Source: Candidatus Beckwithbacteria bacterium GW2011_GWC1_49_16
Lineage (GTDB): Bacteria > Patescibacteriota > Microgenomatia > UBA1400 > CG1-02-47-37
NCBI GenBank assembly: GCA_001029675.1
Contig: CP011210.1
Span: forward strand, 192,193-256,192
Direction of reading: 5' to 3'
DNA: 64,000 nucleotides
Below the pieces are notes generated by a model. It was not told where the DNA came from, did no database searches, and saw only the letters and a program-made list of their open reading frames with translations. Below are positions 1 through 7,763 of this stretch, piece by piece; positions within the stretch are counted from its first letter, which is position 1, and the number at the start of each line of letters is the position of its first letter. A program made the translations under genes and the position numbers.

Positions 1-390
1 TTTTCTTAAATGTCCGGATTGGTTTTGGGGCAGTAATTTATCAGTTACTTGCTTTTGAATTTTAAGAATCAGGGTTAAATCTAACTTGAGACTACCAGAC
101 GAAAGTTGCCGGTTAAGGTCTTTTAAGGCTTGGTTGTAGTTTAAAACTTCCCGCTCGCTGGCGCGGATAAATTTAGGTTTGTTTTTGAGAATCCTTTTTA
201 CCTCGGTTAGCGGCAAGGGGTTGCCTTCGATGTTGGTTGAGGCGAAGCTGGAGATTTCCCGGGCGTTTTTCTCCAAAGTGGCCAGCACGACATCGGGGAG
301 ACGCTGTCGGTTTAAATCGGCCACGAGTTTGGTGATTTTTTTTATTTGGTTTAAGAGCCGGTTGGTAATGGTGTAGCGGGGTTTAAACAT
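1..390 (-). CDS. Fic family protein, N-terminal part (runs off window start)
   Basis: Manual translation from ATG at 390: MFKPRYTITNRLL...ASTNIEGNPLPLTEV...EREVLNY. The STxIEGN and EVxNY motifs are typical of Fic N-termini. The frame is open to position 1 and is not in the ORF track. Confidence 0.8.
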   Translation of the reverse strand, partial: MFKPRYTITNRLLNQIKKITKLVADLNRQRLPDVVLATLEKNAREISSFASTNIEGNPLPLTEVKRILKNKPKFIRASEREVLNYNQALKDLNRQLSSGSLKLDLTLILKIQKQVTDKLLPQNQSGHLRK

Positions 391-436
391 TAGTCTAATT
401 TTAGACGAAAACTAGACGATTGACAACCTTCAGGGT

Positions 437-1429
437 TTATCCTTGAAGGTGGGGAGTTTCCGGGAGAACGTCGGCCGGGGGTGTGTCCGGGGGGCGGGAG
501 CGGCGGCGCTTGAGAACAATCAGGGTTATTAGGGCAATTAGGGCAATTGCGATAAGGATAATTTCTTTGACCGGGATAATCCAGAAGTAAATCAAGCCCT
601 CGATGGGAACATTAGTGTCGCCGGCAGTGGCGGTCAATTTAGCGGCGTAACGGCCCAAGCGGTACTTGCCGGGGACTTCGAAGTCATAAGTGCGGGAGGC
701 AAAAGGAAAGATGTTTTTTTCCTCGAGTTCAAACTCGGCGACAGTGTTGTTGACCATGTTGGTGACGCTGACACTACCGGTGGGGCGGAGGTGGACGTCG
801 CCCAGGTTTTCGATCTCGGCAAAAAGCTTGATCGGGCCGTAGTAGGCAAATGTTTTCTCGACTGAAAATTCTTTTAAGAGTGCGGCCTCGGTGACGTCGC
901 CGATGACGTTAAGATAAACCAGGGTGCCGGTGCGTTGTTCAATGCCCGAGCCGCCGCCGACAACAGTGTCCCCCCCGCCGCCAATTTGCCCCTCGGTGAT
1001 CGGTTTATAGGTGACCATGGCGTAGTGGCCGCCGGCCAGCGCGTCGGCGGGAATGGCGATTAACAGGTCGACGACGGCGGTTTGGCCGGGGGCGACCAAA
1101 ACTTTGTCGGGTGAGGTGGTCAGCCAGGATTTGAGGCTCCAGCGGCCGGAAACGGCTTCAGAGACGGCGACGGGAGTACCTTGGTTGTTGGTGACGATAA
1201 AGTCAGAAGTTTCGATGCTAAAGGCGAGTTCTTGGTCAGAACCGTTGGAAACCTTTAAAGTTTCCTGGAGGGTGGCGCCGGGCAGGGCTTCGACTTCCAG
1301 CCTGGGAGGAACGGCGGTGATGGTGATTTCGCTTGGGGCAGGCGGGGCGACTTGCCCAAAAACAGATCGTAGATTGTAGGTGGTAGATAGTAGAAGGGAA
1401 AAGAGGAGGAGGGGCAGGAGGCGTTTCAT
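437..1429 (-). CDS. DUF916/WxL-interacting-like surface protein with signal peptide and C-terminal TM anchor
   Basis: Signal peptide, PPRLE..PG motif, IPADALAGGHYA, ENLGDVHL.PTG motif, then a C-terminal TM followed by KRRR. Confidence 0.65.
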   Translation of the reverse strand: MKRLLPLLLFSLLLSTTYNLRSVFGQVAPPAPSEITITAVPPRLEVEALPGATLQETLKVSNGSDQELAFSIETSDFIVTNNQGTPVAVSEAVSGRWSLKSWLTTSPDKVLVAPGQTAVVDLLIAIPADALAGGHYAMVTYKPITEGQIGGGGDTVVGGGSGIEQRTGTLVYLNVIGDVTEAALLKEFSVEKTFAYYGPIKLFAEIENLGDVHLRPTGSVSVTNMVNNTVAEFELEEKNIFPFASRTYDFEVPGKYRLGRYAAKLTATAGDTNVPIEGLIYFWIIPVKEIILIAIALIALITLIVLKRRRSRPPDTPPADVLPETPHLQG

Positions 1430-1432
1430 AAT

Positions 1433-2896
1433 TTAAAACGTCGCGGTGGCGGTATAAGTGACGTTGTTTTCGTAGTCGCCGGCCGACTGTGTAGTATCGA
1501 CCACCAAGCGGTAGCAGACATAAAGGTCCTCGGTGGTGGAGGGAGTAGAGGTGTTGGACATAATCTGTAAGACCGCGTCGCTGTCGTCGGGAGTCTCGCT
1601 GGCCGTGGCCGTTGAGGGCACCATGCGGGCACAGTAATCGGCGCCGCCGGCGCAACTGCCGGTGACAGTATCATATTCAAACGGGACGGTAGTAGCATCG
1701 ATGTTTTCGAGCGAAAAACCAAATCCGGAGACGTCGTTTTCCGTCGACCAATCACCGCTGGTGGTGTCGGTGCAATCTTCGCCGTCGCAGTCGGTGTTTT
1801 CAATTTCGGTCGTGTGGTCGCCGCCGATTGACAGTTGGTCGTCGGAGATAACGGTGACAGCATAGCCGCCGAGAGCGTTGGTGACGGCGGAGAGTTTCTG
1901 GGCGGCGTCGTTAAAGGCGGCTAGGGTTACCGCGCCGAAAGGAACGGTGGTGGCGGTAGTGGTGACGTCGGTGGTGACGCCGCAGCGTGAACCGCTGGCA
2001 GCCTCGCCGGCAACGGTGAAGGTGATCGAGGGGTCGACGGTGGCGGTGACCCGGACCGACTCGATGACGGCGATCTTGATAGTGGTGGAGTCGAGCACCG
2101 GGTAGTCGCTGGTGCGGGAGCCTAAGTGTTGAACGGTGACGGTGTAGGTGTCGGCGGTGCCGGCAGCGTGTCCGGTAGCGGCAACGGGGTTGATCAGGTC
2201 GGTAGCGCCGCCGTCGCCGATGGTGAAGGTTAAGCTGGCATTGACATTGTTAGTGCCGTTGTAGCGGGCCTCAAAGCAGTGGTTGCCGGCGGAGCAAAAA
2301 GTGCCGCCGGAAACGGTGGCGGTGGGTGATTCCCAGGAAGTGACGCCGCCGCCGGTGGGAGCGGTTAAATCGCCGGCGACAATGCTGTTGAAGTCAAAGC
2401 CGTCGTGGTTGGGGATGCCGTCGTTGACGCCGTTGGTGCCTGAGGGAATCAAAATTCTGATGGCGCCGTTGGGGATGGCGGTAGCAGTGGTGAAAGCCAG
2501 GGTGTGGGTGGCCGAGCGGGTGGCAATCACCAGGTCGTCGTCTTCAACATCGCCGGAGGCCAGGCCGGCGGTGATGGTGAATTCGTCGGTGTCGATGATG
2601 TCGTCGACGGTGTAAGTCGAGCCGGTAGAGCCGTCGCCGATCCAGGTAGTGTCACCGGTGAAAAGGTTAGCGGTAGAAGTAGAGGGCATGCCCGAAGTGT
2701 TGACTTTGACGATGGTGGTGCCGACAGTGTGGGCGCCGTTTAACGAGCCGTAGTAGGACAGGCGCGAGGTGGACAGGGTGTCTTTGACCGAGGTTAAGTT
2801 GGCTGAATCAAGCTCGGGGGGGCGGACTAAAAGGGCGCCTTGGATGGAGAGGGCGAGTAGAGTTGAGATTAAGACTTTGGCTAAAAAACGTTTCAC
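1433..2896 (-). CDS. Secreted Thr/Gly-rich beta-rich protein with WxL-like C-terminal domain
   Basis: Signal peptide; V.VTATVDPSITF motif; ends AGDYENNVTYTATATF. Confidence 0.6.
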   Translation of the reverse strand: MKRFLAKVLISTLLALSIQGALLVRPPELDSANLTSVKDTLSTSRLSYYGSLNGAHTVGTTIVKVNTSGMPSTSTANLFTGDTTWIGDGSTGSTYTVDDIIDTDEFTITAGLASGDVEDDDLVIATRSATHTLAFTTATAIPNGAIRILIPSGTNGVNDGIPNHDGFDFNSIVAGDLTAPTGGGVTSWESPTATVSGGTFCSAGNHCFEARYNGTNNVNASLTFTIGDGGATDLINPVAATGHAAGTADTYTVTVQHLGSRTSDYPVLDSTTIKIAVIESVRVTATVDPSITFTVAGEAASGSRCGVTTDVTTTATTVPFGAVTLAAFNDAAQKLSAVTNALGGYAVTVISDDQLSIGGDHTTEIENTDCDGEDCTDTTSGDWSTENDVSGFGFSLENIDATTVPFEYDTVTGSCAGGADYCARMVPSTATASETPDDSDAVLQIMSNTSTPSTTEDLYVCYRLVVDTTQSAGDYENNVTYTATATF

Positions 2897-2905
2897 CAGT
2901 TAATC

Positions 2906-3970
2906 TTATTTCTTTTTAAAGAATTCTGTCAAGGATGATTTCCTCATAAAATTCCTACCAAAAAGGTAGAAGTTAATGATCAAAAACAGCGCCAGCAGGG
3001 CTTTGTAGGGTAGGACTAGAAACTTGATGGTAGCGGAAACGGTGTTGGTGGTATCGGCCGGGGTAATTTGGGCGGTGGCGGAGTAGAGGCCCAAAGGGAA
3101 AAGGGGATTCCAACCAACAACACACCCGGTGTGTAAGTTTCTTTCACACCGGGTGTGTTCGAGTGAAGTAAGCGATCTGGTGGAGCCGGCCAAAATGTTG
3201 TCTTCACGCAGAGGCAAGACGGCGCTTGACTGACCAAACATGTTGGTGACGGTGATTGAACCGACGGCTTTGAGTTTGGTTTGGGAGGTGTTTTTGACCC
3301 GGAGGGTAAAGCCGATGGGGTCGAAAGAATCCAATAAGGAGAGTCCTCGAAGGGAACCTTCAAGGACTCTCCTTGAAGGTCTGAACTCTTCTATTTTGGC
3401 GTTTCTGACCGGTTGGCCGTCGCGGGAAACGGTCAGCAGGATATTGGCGCCGATAGCGGCGCGGGAGAGGCTGCCCGAGCCGCCGATTAGGCCCTCGGTG
3501 TCGGAGTCGAAAAGAAAGGTTAAGGAGTGATCGGCGTCGGCAGCGGTTTCCGGGACGCGGATTTTCAAAACCAGCTCCTGGGTGGCGCCGGCGGCAAGCG
3601 CAAAGCGGGCGGGAAGATCAAGGTCGGCGTTTTGCAGGGAGAAATAGCTCACTGTCGGAGAAACTTCATTGGGGAGGACTTCGACGTGGCCGAGCTCGTC
3701 AGCCGGGCGGAAAGGGACGATCCTGGCGGTAATGTTGGTGTCGTCGCCCATATTTTTCAAGCGGTAAACTTGGGTGATGGCGGTGCCGGGTTTGATGGTG
3801 ACTTCCAAAAGCGGCGGCCAGATGGAAAGAGAGGTGGTTTGCCCGTAAGCGGCTGGCGCTGCGTAAACCGTAAACAGTAAACCGTAAACGGTAATTATCA
3901 GAGGTAAAAATAAATTACCGAATGTCGTTTTTAATGTTCCTCCATTAAGGTCCGACCTTTTTGTAGGCAT
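2906..3970 (-). CDS. Second DUF916/WxL-interacting-like membrane-anchored protein
   Basis: Start reassigned to ATG 3970. SIWPPLLEV..KPG, VKNTSQTKL motif and C-terminal TM make it a paralog of 437..1429. Confidence 0.6.
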   Translation of the reverse strand: MPTKRSDLNGGTLKTTFGNLFLPLIITVYGLLFTVYAAPAAYGQTTSLSIWPPLLEVTIKPGTAITQVYRLKNMGDDTNITARIVPFRPADELGHVEVLPNEVSPTVSYFSLQNADLDLPARFALAAGATQELVLKIRVPETAADADHSLTFLFDSDTEGLIGGSGSLSRAAIGANILLTVSRDGQPVRNAKIEEFRPSRRVLEGSLRGLSLLDSFDPIGFTLRVKNTSQTKLKAVGSITVTNMFGQSSAVLPLREDNILAGSTRSLTSLEHTRCERNLHTGCVVGWNPLFPLGLYSATAQITPADTTNTVSATIKFLVLPYKALLALFLIINFYLFGRNFMRKSSLTEFFKKK

Positions 3971-3971
3971 A

Positions 3972-4694
3972 TTAATAGCCGGGGGTGGCGATAAAAGTGA
4001 CGGCATTTTCGTAGTCGCCGGCGGCTTGGGTGGCGGAAATATTAACTTTGTAAGTGGCGGTGGCGCTGCGGTCTTGGCCGACGTTGGCACTCGACATGAC
4101 AATTTGGGCGGTTTCGGCGGCAGAAGCATCGGCGAACTGCCTGAAGTAAGTAGAGTTGACAAAGTCGGCCGGAATGTCGTTACCGCTCATGTTGAAGCCA
4201 AAGCCGAAGTTGGCGCTATTGGTCCAGACGGCAGCGGTGGTTTCGTCGCAAGCGGTGTCGCAGGTGGTGTCAGGGATGGTGGTAGATGAGGTTTGCAGTT
4301 TCAAGGGGTGGTTGGCAAAGGCAGCGACCGAGTAGCCGCCCGCCCCGCCGGCAGAGACGGTTAGGGTGTTGGTTTGGGTAGAGAAGCTAGACGGGGTCAA
4401 AGCGCCAAAGTCGATGGACAGATCAGAGATGGTAAAGGCAAAAGCGATGATGGTTTTGATATAGGGGAAGCCAGCGCGGACGATGTAGCCGGTCGAATCG
4501 TATTGCCCCGGGGCGGTTTGGCCGACGGTGTCCAAAATATTGTAGTTATTCGAGGATTTACTGCCAGAAGTCATGTTGAGGTTGGTAAACTGGAGCTCAT
4601 AAGAGTCAGAAGACATGTTTTCGGCCCTGGCGGGCGTAAACCGTAATCCGTAAACCGTAATCAGTAAAATCAGACTCAAAAGCAGTTTTTTCAT
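3972..4694 (-). CDS. Secreted WxL-like protein
   Basis: Signal peptide; C..C motif and FGF motif; ends AGDYENAVTFIATPGY, matching the C-terminus of 1433..2896. Confidence 0.6.
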   Translation of the reverse strand: MKKLLLSLILLITVYGLRFTPARAENMSSDSYELQFTNLNMTSGSKSSNNYNILDTVGQTAPGQYDSTGYIVRAGFPYIKTIIAFAFTISDLSIDFGALTPSSFSTQTNTLTVSAGGAGGYSVAAFANHPLKLQTSSTTIPDTTCDTACDETTAAVWTNSANFGFGFNMSGNDIPADFVNSTYFRQFADASAAETAQIVMSSANVGQDRSATATYKVNISATQAAGDYENAVTFIATPGY

Positions 4695-5425
4695 TCGTCG
4701 GTCGCTTGGTCGATGGTTTGCTGCAACTTTTTGCCTGATTGGGCCAGCTTCTTGAGGTCTTGGTAGAGTTGGTTTAATTTTTCTCTTTGGTGATAAGGGA
4801 TACGGGATAGGTTAGTCGTAAGTTGAGAAACGATATCCATTGCTTGATCTATTTTGTTATGGAATTCTATAGAAAGCCAGATTAAAGTAGTTGATTCTTC
4901 GTCACTGATGGTTTGATTGAGGATTTTAGCTTGATGTTTGAGGACTTTTATTCTATTTTTTCCTTCTAGCAGTCTTATATATTGAGTGCCAAAGATAAGC
5001 GCCAGAGGAGCCATGAATATGAGAGAAAAGAGGTTGACCAGCTGGGAGTTGGTCAAAGGGGCCGAATTTATCAGAAAGAAGCCTACGAGTGCTAAAGAAG
5101 TGATGAAGCTTACTAAGGGCATGAGGAAGAGGCTCAAGCCGAAGAGGAGAAGGTAAAGTAAGAACAGAAGGGGGGAGTCGAGGCCGCCGGTGGACAAAAC
5201 CAGCAGCAAGGTCAAAATAGTGTAGATAATAGCTTTTGATATGTTTTGATATTTTATGTTAGATTTATGATGGCGCAGGAGCAGGTCGTGAAATAGATAA
5301 AACAGGATCAACAGGGCAGTCAGTTGCAAGGAAAACTTGGACAGTTCAGGATTTTCCCGCCAATAGAAAGAAAAAGCCACGGCGAAGATTAATAAAAGCG
5401 AGTTTAACAGTACGGGCAGGGTCAT
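4691..5425 (-). CDS. Multi-pass membrane protein with C-terminal coiled-coil region
   Basis: Several hydrophobic segments, a TGG..SP motif and a helical charged C-terminus. Confidence 0.6.
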   Translation of the reverse strand: MTLPVLLNSLLLIFAVAFSFYWRENPELSKFSLQLTALLILFYLFHDLLLRHHKSNIKYQNISKAIIYTILTLLLVLSTGGLDSPLLFLLYLLLFGLSLFLMPLVSFITSLALVGFFLINSAPLTNSQLVNLFSLIFMAPLALIFGTQYIRLLEGKNRIKVLKHQAKILNQTISDEESTTLIWLSIEFHNKIDQAMDIVSQLTTNLSRIPYHQREKLNQLYQDLKKLAQSGKKLQQTIDQATDE

Positions 5426-5479
5426 AGAATTATTGTACTAGTAAATGTCGGTCGGCGTCAATTTTGGTATAATAGAGGT

Positions 5480-5776
5480 ATGGCTAACAAACTGCCGCGG
5501 CGCTTTGCCAAGTATTTCTGGGATGTGGATCCTAAAAAGATTGACTTGGTGGTAAATGACGACTACGTGATTAAAAGGATGTTAGATTTGAGTGAAACCA
5601 GTGGCATTAAGTGGTTGCTTAAGCGTTATGGTGTGGCCAAAATCAAGCAGGTGTTGCGTCACTCCCGAGGGATTAAAAGGAAAACGGCCTGGTTTTGGAT
5701 GAACGTTTTGAATTTACCAAAAGAGGAGATAAAGTGTTTAAGAACACCTTATCAGTCGACACCTTTCGGGGTTTAA
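5480..5776 (+). CDS. DUF6922-like putative antitoxin
   Basis: YFWDVD...YVIKRML pattern; lies directly upstream of an AbiEii gene. Confidence 0.65.
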   Translation: MANKLPRRFAKYFWDVDPKKIDLVVNDDYVIKRMLDLSETSGIKWLLKRYGVAKIKQVLRHSRGIKRKTAWFWMNVLNLPKEEIKCLRTPYQSTPFGV

Positions 5777-6372
5777 AGCTGGTAGGCAAAAGCAAGATAT
5801 TGCCTGGTGCCTATTTGGCGGGCGGGACGGCGCTAGCCTTGAGGTTGGGGCACAGACGATCGGTAGATTTGGACTTTTTTACCAGAAAAAAATTTAATGA
5901 ACAGATTGTGGTGCGGCGACTAAAAAAGCTGGGCAAGTTTAAAGAGAAAACGGTTGATTGGCAAACGGTTATGGGTAGTCTATTTGGGGTAAGTTTTAGT
6001 TTATTTTATTTTGAGTATCCGTTAGTGGGGAAGACCGATCAGTTTGAAGGGGTAGCTATCGCTTCGCTTAAAGATATAGCGGCGATGAAGTTGAGGGCTA
6101 TAGGCGATCGGGGGACCAAGAGAGATTTTGTCGACCTGTTTTTTTTGGCCAAGGAAATGCGCTTGGCAGAAGTGTTTCAGCTTTACCATAAGAAGTTTGG
6201 CGGGCTTACGGAGCAAAAGTATCATTTGTGGCGGGCCTTAAACTACTTTGAAGATGCCGATAAGGACGTCTTGCCGAAAATGTTTAGGCCGGTCGAGTGG
6301 AGTCAAGTGAAGCGGTTTTTTAACGGCGAGGTGAAAAAGTTAGCCGCCGAGTTGAAGTTGACGCGGGGGTAG
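5734..6372 (+). CDS. Nucleotidyltransferase AbiEii/AbiGii toxin family protein
   Basis: YLAGGTALAL.LGHRRSVDLDFF and MKL.AI.DRG.KRDFVDL motifs. The likely start is GTG 5734. Confidence 0.85.
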   Translation: MFKNTLSVDTFRGLKLVGKSKILPGAYLAGGTALALRLGHRRSVDLDFFTRKKFNEQIVVRRLKKLGKFKEKTVDWQTVMGSLFGVSFSLFYFEYPLVGKTDQFEGVAIASLKDIAAMKLRAIGDRGTKRDFVDLFFLAKEMRLAEVFQLYHKKFGGLTEQKYHLWRALNYFEDADKDVLPKMFRPVEWSQVKRFFNGEVKKLAAELKLTRG

Positions 6373-6385
6373 AGATTTTTGATAA

Positions 6386-6437
6386 GTTGTGGTATAAAGT
6401 AACCTTAGTCTGCCCGAAAGGCGGATTTTTAGTATGG
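6386..6437 (+). promoter_or_regulatory. Repeated promoter plus hairpin leader, copy 1
   Basis: TGGTATAAA extended -10-like box, then hairpin gtctgcc-cgaaa-ggcggat, ttttt, ATG. A near-identical copy is at 6938-6989. Confidence 0.7.
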
Positions 6438-6892
6438 CGCCGGAGATTTTTTACCCAGACAATGATAGAGTCAAAGAATTGTCATTTCAACCGAGTCAGA
6501 GTTATTTAGGAATAGATTTAAAAGCTGAAGGAGGGGTTGATACAGAAGCAATTGATGACTTTGGAGTAGAAGTGGGTAAGCATATTGCTGGAACTTTAAC
6601 TCTTAAGTATGTGGTTGTGGAGGATTTAATGTTTGTTTTTTCGGGAAACGTTCAACACCTTGATTTTTGGAATTCAGCCGTAAAATTGACAGATCTAAAA
6701 ATTCAGGCAGCAGGGTTGTTGGTTTTACCTGATGAGTCCAACAGATTTGGTCTAAGAATGTTACGAAATGAGGCTCCAAGTATGGTGGGCAAGAATCTTT
6801 TTTTTGAGAGAGAATCGAAAGCATATACTGAGAAAGTTATCATTCCAGGCCTAGGTGAGGGGTTTTTATTATCAGAGCTTGGCGTTTTATAA
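6434..6892 (+). CDS. Hypothetical protein (AT-rich orphan)
   Basis: 152 aa ORF behind the repeated leader; no recognisable motif. Confidence 0.6.
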   Translation: MAPEIFYPDNDRVKELSFQPSQSYLGIDLKAEGGVDTEAIDDFGVEVGKHIAGTLTLKYVVVEDLMFVFSGNVQHLDFWNSAVKLTDLKIQAAGLLVLPDESNRFGLRMLRNEAPSMVGKNLFFERESKAYTEKVIIPGLGEGFLLSELGVL

Positions 6893-6937
6893 AGCTTCTC
6901 AGTTCTTTGGCTTTTTTAAGCTAGAGTTTTTGGGCAG

Positions 6938-6989
6938 GTTGTGGTATAAACTAACTCAAGTCTGCCCGAAAGGCGGATTTTTAGTATGG
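6938..6989 (+). promoter_or_regulatory. Repeated promoter plus hairpin leader, copy 2
   Basis: Shares gttgtggtataaa and agtctgcccgaaaggcggatttttagtatgg exactly with 6386-6437. Confidence 0.7.
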
Positions 6990-7708
6990 GATTTGAAACA
7001 CAATCAGGATTACCAGGAAAACCACAATTTGGCTGGGATTCTCCTGCGACTCAAGAGGCGGTGGAGCGAGCCAAAAAAGCCACGATAAGGAAGATAGGTA
7101 AAGGAGAGTTGAAGTTAAGTTTGGGGCAGGGAGGTGGAGAGAGGGTTGTTAGCTATAGTTCAGGAATTAAGGTTGGGTTACCTTTGGAAGATGTAGCCAA
7201 GATTGCCCCGGGTAGGGACGGAAGTTTGTCTGTCGGCCGAATGCATTTAATGAGCCAATGGTTGAGGGCTTTTAACCTTTATGATTTGAGTTTTGATTCT
7301 GATTCAGAGAGTGTAAGAGTTATTAAAAACTTTAGATCTTCAGTGACGCTTGGAGGGTTCAGGCCAGCAGTGGATGTAATGGTGGGCGCTAGCGACTACC
7401 ACCATGGCGGAGTAAAGTTACCCGATGGTTATTGGTTTCTTAATAGCGCCAGAAGGGTTATTGGCGGGTTGATGCTGTTTTATGAGGGTGAGGATTTCGG
7501 CGCAGTGAGGGATAGGGGTTTCTTAGTGGTACAGCAAGGCGAGGATAATAAAACCGTGGCTGCTTTTCCGGACTACATGGGTCGACTTTGGCCGGTGCCG
7601 TTTGCGGAGCAGACAGGGCCTGGCCTGAAGAGGATGTTTGAGGAGGGAGGAGCTTTGGCAGCTTGGAATCCGGTGATAGGGGTTTGCGATCCGGAATTTA
7701 AAACATAA
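6986..7708 (+). CDS. Hypothetical protein
   Basis: 240 aa ORF behind the repeated leader; no recognisable motif. Confidence 0.6.
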   Translation: MGFETQSGLPGKPQFGWDSPATQEAVERAKKATIRKIGKGELKLSLGQGGGERVVSYSSGIKVGLPLEDVAKIAPGRDGSLSVGRMHLMSQWLRAFNLYDLSFDSDSESVRVIKNFRSSVTLGGFRPAVDVMVGASDYHHGGVKLPDGYWFLNSARRVIGGLMLFYEGEDFGAVRDRGFLVVQQGEDNKTVAAFPDYMGRLWPVPFAEQTGPGLKRMFEEGGALAAWNPVIGVCDPEFKT

Positions 7709-7763
7709 TTGGTGAGGGAGTAGATTTTTTTGTATACTCCCATTATCGGGAGTTTTTTGTTTT

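Noticed and set aside
1053-2743. Many overlapping Val/Ser-rich plus-strand ORFs (also around 34891-37323 and 38937-40760)
   Set aside because: They are antisense-frame artefacts of Thr/Asp-rich minus-strand genes.
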